Of a DNA stretch of 64,000 bases, positions 58,352-64,000 are shown in pieces; the first letter of the stretch is position 1; each line of letters opens with the position of its first letter. Source of the stretch: Candidatus Parcubacteria bacterium (GTDB lineage: Bacteria > Patescibacteriota > Minisyncoccia > UBA6257 > HR35). A program made the position numbers and the translations under genes. The notes under the pieces were generated by a model, which saw only the letters and a program-made list of their open reading frames with translations, was not told the origin of the DNA and did no database searches. The DNA lies in NCBI GenBank assembly GCA_026004495.1, contig BPJG01000001.1, forward strand, positions 70,470 through 134,469. The letters run 5' to 3'.

Positions 58352-60153
58352 TTTATTTTTAAAACTTTTATTATTACATCATTAGGTACCTTGACTCTAC
58401 CCTTGCCTAATATTGTTAATTTTTTCTTGCCTTCTTTTTGTTTTTGCCATAATTTCATTTTTCTCGTAATGTCTCCCCCGTATAGCCAACCAGCAACATC
58501 TTTTTTAAGTGCTGGTATTGTCTCTCTAGCTATTATTTTACCCCCTATAGCTGCTTGAAGTTTAACTGGAAATTGTTGTTTGGGTAATATTTTTTTTAAT
58601 TCTAAAATTATTTTTCTTCCAACCTCTTCTGCCTTTTCTTTTACTACTAATCTACTTAAGGAAGAATGAATTTCTTCAGCTATTAAGATATCTAATTTTA
58701 CTAAATTTGATTTGCGATAATCTAAAAATTTCCAATTAAGACTTGCGTAACCCGAGGTAATTGATTTTAAATCATCATAAAAACCCGAAACTAACTCTTC
58801 GAGTGGCATTTCGGCTTTAATTATTAAAAAAGAAGATAACATATCTTGACTTTTTATTGTTCCCCTTCTCTTTTTTATTAAATTAGAAACAAGCTCAACA
58901 TAATTAAATTGAGTAAATATCTCAATTTCTAACCATGGCTCATTAATTTCTAAAATTTTAGAAAATTCAGGCAGTTCATTAATATTTTCGATTTCAATTT
59001 TTTGTCCATTTTTCAAAATAACTTGATATTTTACTGAGGGTGAAGTTATAATAACCTCAGTATTAAATTCTCTTTTTAATCTTTCATAAAATATTTCTAA
59101 ATGAAGTAATCCTAAACAACCAACCTTATAACCCCTACCCAAAATATTTGAAAAGCATGGTTCTATTTTTAATGACCAATCATTTAATTTTAATTTAAAC
59201 ATATTATCTTTGAATTTTTCATAACTTATTTCTTCTGAGGGATAAACATTAGCAAAAACTACTGCTAAGGGTTCTCTATAACTATTAATTGCCTGAATTT
59301 CTATATCATTAACTATCGTATCGCCTATTTTAACAAGGCTTGATATCTTATCTTTATCACCAAATAATTCTTTTATACCTGTAGCAATATAACCAATTTC
59401 TCCTACCTTTAAAGAATCAACTTTTTTTATTTCAGGAGTAAAAAATCCTACCTCAAAAGATTTAAAGCTATAATTATTTGATTTAAAAAAATAAATATTT
59501 CCAGCCTTAAATTCCCCACTTATAACTCTAATGTATGCTAAAATACCCTTATAGGGATCGAAATAAGAATCAAAAATTAAAGCTTGACATTTATTATTAA
59601 CAGATAAGATACGAGGTGAGGGTATTTTTTTAATAACTCCATCTAATAATTCTTCAACTCCTAAACCAGTTTTAGCAGAAATTAAATAAATATCTTTCTC
59701 CTCACAACCAACCAGCTTCTTTATATCATTAATAAGATAATCTAAATCAATAATATTCAAATCTATTTTATTTATAGCTGGAATAATTATTAAACCTAAA
59801 TCTTGAGCTAATTTGAGATTATAGAAAGTTTGAGCCTGTATTCCTTGCGTTCCATCAATTAATAAAATAACACCCTCAACACATGACAAAGCGCGAGAAA
59901 CTTCATAAGAAAAATCACTATGTCCCGGAGTATCAATTAAATTTAAAACATAGCCATTATATTCCATTCTTACCGGTTGCATTTTAATCGTAATTCCCTT
60001 CTCTCTTTCCAATGATAATCTATCTAAATATTGTGGGATTAACTTATCTTTAGGAACAGTTTTGGTAATTTCTAAAAATCTATCCGCTAAAGTTGATTTG
60101 CCATGATCAATATGTGCAATGATAGCAAAATTTCTTATTTTGTCTATATTCAT
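58348..60153 (-). CDS. lepA: Elongation factor 4
   Basis: IRNFAIIAHIDHGKSTLADR, the GTPase motifs, and a length of 601 aa. Confidence 0.93.
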   Translation of the reverse strand: MNIDKIRNFAIIAHIDHGKSTLADRFLEITKTVPKDKLIPQYLDRLSLEREKGITIKMQPVRMEYNGYVLNLIDTPGHSDFSYEVSRALSCVEGVILLIDGTQGIQAQTFYNLKLAQDLGLIIIPAINKIDLNIIDLDYLINDIKKLVGCEEKDIYLISAKTGLGVEELLDGVIKKIPSPRILSVNNKCQALIFDSYFDPYKGILAYIRVISGEFKAGNIYFFKSNNYSFKSFEVGFFTPEIKKVDSLKVGEIGYIATGIKELFGDKDKISSLVKIGDTIVNDIEIQAINSYREPLAVVFANVYPSEEISYEKFKDNMFKLKLNDWSLKIEPCFSNILGRGYKVGCLGLLHLEIFYERLKREFNTEVIITSPSVKYQVILKNGQKIEIENINELPEFSKILEINEPWLEIEIFTQFNYVELVSNLIKKRRGTIKSQDMLSSFLIIKAEMPLEELVSGFYDDLKSITSGYASLNWKFLDYRKSNLVKLDILIAEEIHSSLSRLVVKEKAEEVGRKIILELKKILPKQQFPVKLQAAIGGKIIARETIPALKKDVAGWLYGGDITRKMKLWQKQKEGKKKLTILGKGRVKVPNDVIIKVLKIK

Positions 60154-60250
60154 TTTATTTTTTTTAGTTTATTAACCCTTAGCTTACTTTTAGTATTAAC
60201 TAAAGTAAAACTAAGGATAATTTTAAAAAATTATATTAAAATTTTATTAA

Positions 60251-61111
60251 ATGTATGATGGGATAAAAAAACCTTTATTAAAGATATTTTTAATATTAGA
60301 AAATATTTTAATATCTGTATTAATATTCTACTTTATTATAAATAATTTTAAAGATTTTAATAAGAGTTTTTTTTACTATTTATACATTTTCGATATATTT
60401 ATCTCAGAAAATTATTTATTTTTCTTCATTAGTTTGCTCTTTTCTATTTTAGTTTTATTATCCCAAGCATTATTATGGAAAAAAATCTTTGAAATTAACA
60501 ATATAAATATAAAGTACTTATCTTCTTTAAATTTATTTTCTCTTATTCATTTTAAAAGATTATTTTCCCCTTTTGGTCCAATTTCACCTATTTTAAATAT
60601 AGGCGGAGATATTAAAAAATCTACTTTTATATATTCTACTTATATAATTTTTATAACATTAGGTTCGATATTTTTTTTCTTTTCAGCCCTTGCTTCAATT
60701 TATCCTAATTTAATTATTCTTTTTTCTTTATTATTTTTTTTAATCTTAAAATTATTAACCAAAAGAAAATTAGGTAATTTAAACTTTAAAAATTTTTTTA
60801 TCTTAATCTTCCTATCTTATCTGAATGAATTTTTTAGTTACGCGACATTTTTATTTTCTTTAAAAATTTTTTCATTAAACATTGATTTCTATAACAGCTT
60901 GTTTATATATTTAACCTGGGTAATAGTAAGTAGTTTATTTCCCTTCCTTTATGGAACTGGTTCAAGTGAATTAACTTCTATCTACCTGGCTAATTATTTA
61001 GGTTATGATAGTGCTTTATTTGCCTTAGGAATTATTTTTTATAGAATTATAATCACTTACTTCCCTATATTATTTTTAATACTAACAAAAATTATTAAAT
61101 TAAGAAAATAA
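60251..61111 (+). CDS. Hypothetical polytopic membrane protein
   Basis: 286 aa with about 8 TM helices. Confidence 0.4.
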   Translation: MYDGIKKPLLKIFLILENILISVLIFYFIINNFKDFNKSFFYYLYIFDIFISENYLFFFISLLFSILVLLSQALLWKKIFEINNINIKYLSSLNLFSLIHFKRLFSPFGPISPILNIGGDIKKSTFIYSTYIIFITLGSIFFFFSALASIYPNLIILFSLLFFLILKLLTKRKLGNLNFKNFFILIFLSYLNEFFSYATFLFSLKIFSLNIDFYNSLFIYLTWVIVSSLFPFLYGTGSSELTSIYLANYLGYDSALFALGIIFYRIIITYFPILFLILTKIIKLRK

Positions 61112-61256
61112 ATTTATTTATTTAGAATTTTTAAAATTAAATTTATCTTACAAAATTTAGAAATTAAAATTCCCACAATTAAAATAATTCTCACTTAAGG
61201 TAGGAATTATTTTATATATTTTGAAATTTTAAAAAATAATTTTAAAATTAAAAATT

Positions 61257-63053
61257 ATGAAAATTGATAAATTATATAAAATTCGTCATTCTCTAGCACA
61301 TCTTTTGGCAACTGCTATCCTAGAAATAGATCCTAAAGCAAAATTCGGTATTGGCCCAGTTACTGAAAATGGATTTTATTATGATTTTTTACTATCGAAA
61401 AAAATCGAGCAAAAAGATTTACCATTAATTGAAAACAAAATTAAAGAATTAATTAAAAAGAATATAAAATTTGAAAGAAAAAAAATAAGTTTAACTAAAG
61501 CTAAAAAATTTTTCAAAAATCTTAATCAACCATTTAAGTTAGAATTAATTAATGATTTACAAAAATATAGCACAACTGAATATGAAAAAATTTTAGATAT
61601 CAAAGACAAAAAAATAAAACCTAAAAAAATAAATTATGTAACTTTATATAAAACTTATAAATTTATAGATCTTTGTCGAGGTGGACACGTATCCAAGTCA
61701 TCAGAAATAAACCTTGAATCTTTTAAATTAACTAAAATAGCTGGAGCTCATTGGAGAGGAAACGAAAATAATCCAATGTTAACTAGGATCTATGGAGTTG
61801 CTTTTGAAACTAAAGAACAATTAGAAAGCTATCTTAAATGGGAAGAAGAAGTTCAAAAAAGGGATCATCGTATATTAGGTCAAGAATTAGAGTTATTTAC
61901 CGTTGATGAAAATGTAGGATCAGGTTTAATTTTATGGCTACCCAAAGGAGCAATAATTAGACAAACTATTCAAGAATTTATAATAGATATTTATAAAAAA
62001 AATAATTATCAATTAGTATTTACCCCTCATATTACTAAACAAAAATTATTTGAAATTTCAGGTCACCTTTCTTATTATCAAGAAAATATGTATTATCCTA
62101 TAAAAATTGAGGGAGAAAATTATTATCTTAAACCAATGAATTGTCCTTTTCATTTAACTATTTATAAACAAAAAACTAAAAGCTATCGTGATTTACCAAT
62201 TCGTTATGCTGAATTGGGAACTGTTTATCGTTACGAAAGATCAGGTACCCTTTCAGGTTTAACTCGAGTTAGAGGTTTTACCCAAGATGATGGTCATATA
62301 ATTTGCACCTTCAATCAGCTACCGGAAGAAATACATAATTGCTTAAATTTAGTTAAATTTATTTTAGAAAAATTTGGTTTTAAAGATTTTAAGGTCTTTT
62401 TAAGTATCTGGGATAAATCAAATAAGAAAAAATATTTAGGCACAAATAAAGAATGGCAATTTGCTATTGAAAGTTTAAAAAAATCGGTTGAAAAATTAAA
62501 TTGGCAATATGAAATAATGAAGGGAGAGGCAGCTTTTTATGGACCTAAAATTGATGTTGTTGTTAAAGATGCCCTCGGAAGAGATTGGCAAATTTCAACT
62601 ATTCAATTAGACTTTAACTTAACCAAAAAATTTGATTTAGCTTATATTGATAAAGATAATAAAACCAAGAAGCCTTATTTAATTCACCGAGCTTTATTAG
62701 GTTCAATTGAAAGATTTATTGGTTTATTAATAGAGCATTATGAAGGAAATTTACCCTTTTGGCTTTCGCCTATTCAAATTGCTATCATTCCCGTGAATAT
62801 AAATCATCTAAGTTACGCAGAAAAATTATTAGAATTATTAAAGGAAAAAAATTATCGTGTAAAAATATTAGAAGCAACAGAAAGTTTATCTAAAAGAATA
62901 CTTATTGCTGAAAAAGAAAAAATTCCCTATATGATTATAATCGGTGATAAAGAAATAAAAGAAAATAAAATATCTATTAGAAAACATAAGATAGGTAATA
63001 TTGGAACATTAAGTTTAAATAAATTTTTACAAATTATCAGTAAAGAATATTGA
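61257..63053 (+). CDS. thrS: Threonyl-tRNA synthetase lacking the N-terminal TGS domain
   Basis: RHSLAHLLATAILEI, class II motifs (FRYERSGTLSGLTRVRGFTQDDGHIIC) and a C-terminal anticodon-binding domain. Confidence 0.9.
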   Translation: MKIDKLYKIRHSLAHLLATAILEIDPKAKFGIGPVTENGFYYDFLLSKKIEQKDLPLIENKIKELIKKNIKFERKKISLTKAKKFFKNLNQPFKLELINDLQKYSTTEYEKILDIKDKKIKPKKINYVTLYKTYKFIDLCRGGHVSKSSEINLESFKLTKIAGAHWRGNENNPMLTRIYGVAFETKEQLESYLKWEEEVQKRDHRILGQELELFTVDENVGSGLILWLPKGAIIRQTIQEFIIDIYKKNNYQLVFTPHITKQKLFEISGHLSYYQENMYYPIKIEGENYYLKPMNCPFHLTIYKQKTKSYRDLPIRYAELGTVYRYERSGTLSGLTRVRGFTQDDGHIICTFNQLPEEIHNCLNLVKFILEKFGFKDFKVFLSIWDKSNKKKYLGTNKEWQFAIESLKKSVEKLNWQYEIMKGEAAFYGPKIDVVVKDALGRDWQISTIQLDFNLTKKFDLAYIDKDNKTKKPYLIHRALLGSIERFIGLLIEHYEGNLPFWLSPIQIAIIPVNINHLSYAEKLLELLKEKNYRVKILEATESLSKRILIAEKEKIPYMIIIGDKEIKENKISIRKHKIGNIGTLSLNKFLQIISKEY

Positions 63054-63056
63054 TTT

Positions 63057-63656
63057 TTATTTTCTTTGATAAATTCTTACAGTAGCCGAACCCCAAGAAA
63101 AAGGATATAAACCTTCGTTAATCATTTCAAAATTTGAATTATCATTTATTTTCTTGGTTAAAATTATCAACCTGCTACCCTTCTTAAGCTCTAATGACAT
63201 ATTGACAATCCTTTCTAATTGTTCATCATTAAAACAAGTTGAATTAACAAAAACCAAATCACCATCACTAAAATCATTATCAAAAATATCACCCTTAATA
63301 AATTCGATAGAATTTTCGTCTTTTAAATTAAAAATATCTTTAAATCTACTATAGGCTAATTGACTTGCTTCTATAAGAGATTCAAGATACTCTATACCGA
63401 TTGATTTTTTAACATCAAAAATCAATTTAGCTAATATTACTGCCTTGCCAGTGCCAGAACCTAAATCATAAAAGATAGAATATTTATCTGCATGAGCTTT
63501 TTCTAATATTTCACAAAAACCTTCTGGTATTATTTCTCCATAAACAAAAGATTTATCATTAATGCCCCTTTTACTTCTTTCTGACAATGAAAGACTAAAA
63601 CCATCAATATCTTTATATATTTCGTTAAAAATTTTAATTTTTTCTTCCTTAGTCAT
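63057..63656 (-). CDS. Class I SAM-dependent methyltransferase (DOT1-like fold)
   Basis: FYDLGSGTGKAVILAKLI (motif I), IGIEY and GDIF. Confidence 0.55.
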   Translation of the reverse strand: MTKEEKIKIFNEIYKDIDGFSLSLSERSKRGINDKSFVYGEIIPEGFCEILEKAHADKYSIFYDLGSGTGKAVILAKLIFDVKKSIGIEYLESLIEASQLAYSRFKDIFNLKDENSIEFIKGDIFDNDFSDGDLVFVNSTCFNDEQLERIVNMSLELKKGSRLIILTKKINDNSNFEMINEGLYPFSWGSATVRIYQRK

Positions 63657-63800
63657 TTTTATATTATTATAATTATTTAATTAAATTATATTGAAAGAAT
63701 ATTTAGTGATATGATATAATATTATAATCTATTGTCAATATTAAGGTCGTTAATTTAATTAAATTATTAATTTAAATTTAAGATATTAATAAGAAATACA

Positions 63801-64000
63801 ATGCAAAATTTTTTAAATCTATTATTTATTTTAATCTTGTTATCTCTTTTAATAAGTGGTTTTTTTAATATTATACCTTGGAAATTTAATATTTCAGCTT
63901 TAATTGTAGGAATTATTCTCTGGTTGATTTTGATTTACAATTCATTTATATCGCTTAATCAAAGAGTTAAAGAAGCTGAAAGCGATATTGAGGTTCAAAT
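63801..64000 (+). CDS. LemA family protein, 5' part (runs off the window)
   Basis: An N-terminal TM segment followed by LNQRVKEAESDIEVQ, the LemA signature. Confidence 0.55.
   Translation, partial: MQNFLNLLFILILLSLLISGFFNIIPWKFNISALIVGIILWLILIYNSFISLNQRVKEAESDIEVQ

Noticed and set aside
33007-63354. ORFs 33007-33198, 38744-38983, 45677-45952, 54114-54464 and 63154-63354
   Set aside because: They are antisense or overlapping frames of better-supported genes (the MTase, the 38766 ORF, the flippase, the LysM-M23 peptidase and the DOT1-like MTase).
1-64000. rRNA genes, CRISPR arrays, integrase or transposase genes
   Set aside because: None were found on either strand. The only recombination-related remnant is the 29-aa Xis-like HTH.

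Overview
This is an AT-rich bacterial chromosomal window, roughly 25-30% GC, read with the standard genetic code. Stop codons are mostly TAA, and gene lengths are normal where genes are intact. The genes are compact and there are many 4-20 nt gene overlaps. The compact AT-rich organisation and the cell-wall gene set fit a reduced-genome bacterium, possibly CPR/Patescibacteria-like; no marker gene settles that. No rRNA genes and no CRISPR array are present.

Housekeeping content: eno, an NDH-2 type ndh, cysS, guaB, mutM, argS, ksgA, fba (class II), secF, speH, miaA, lepA, thrS, cofactor-independent phosphoglycerate mutase, TatD, IMPase, tRNA-Leu(CAA), tRNA-Lys(CUU), tRNA-Arg(GCG as read, minus strand) and tRNA-Pro(GGG). 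A cell-envelope cluster (flippase, membrane-anchored MurF-like ligase, DegT aminotransferase, FemAB) sits at 45.6-50.9 kb.

Non-routine observations, strongest first:
1. A dispersed GC-rich repeat family with a core like CTAACGCAGACAATATTAARACGCARACYRATGC is inserted in-frame in eno, in the 1.95-2.07 kb intergenic region, and three times in ndh. One ndh insertion (2519-3122) carries a complete GxxExxY/PD-(D/E)XK-like domain bounded by inverted ACGCAGAC...GTCTGCGT repeats, which looks like a mobile in-frame parasitic module.
2. A co-directional, overlapping operon (18.7-23.2 kb, minus strand) encodes an E1/ThiF-like adenylyltransferase, a double-length nitroreductase-like protein, a PaaK/F390-synthetase-like adenylating ligase and a SAM methyltransferase. 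It is translationally coupled to a multi-TM sensor histidine kinase and preceded by an extended -10 promoter and a 16-bp perfect palindrome. This is a candidate uncharacterised modification or biosynthesis system.
3. A 7-kb gene-decay zone (23.4-30.2 kb) holds fragments or pseudogenes of transketolase, a MetRS-like class I aaRS, an M16 peptidase, a SAM methyltransferase, a second speH, a chimeric DUF62/class-II-aaRS fragment, PEP synthase and an Xis-like HTH. The left part has visibly higher GC.
4. Two tandem ~150-bp units (33.43-33.72 kb) each have an identical sigma70 promoter, a diverged ~37-nt core and an identical intrinsic terminator. They are candidate small-RNA genes.
5. An in-frame TAA interrupts a cdaA-cdaR fusion frame exactly at a conserved Glu codon (36844-36846).
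6. A 1-nt frameshift in an A8 run truncates an MGMT-DBD/YrdC fusion gene.

Several other homopolymer-associated frameshifts suggest either genuine genome decay or indel-prone assembly.
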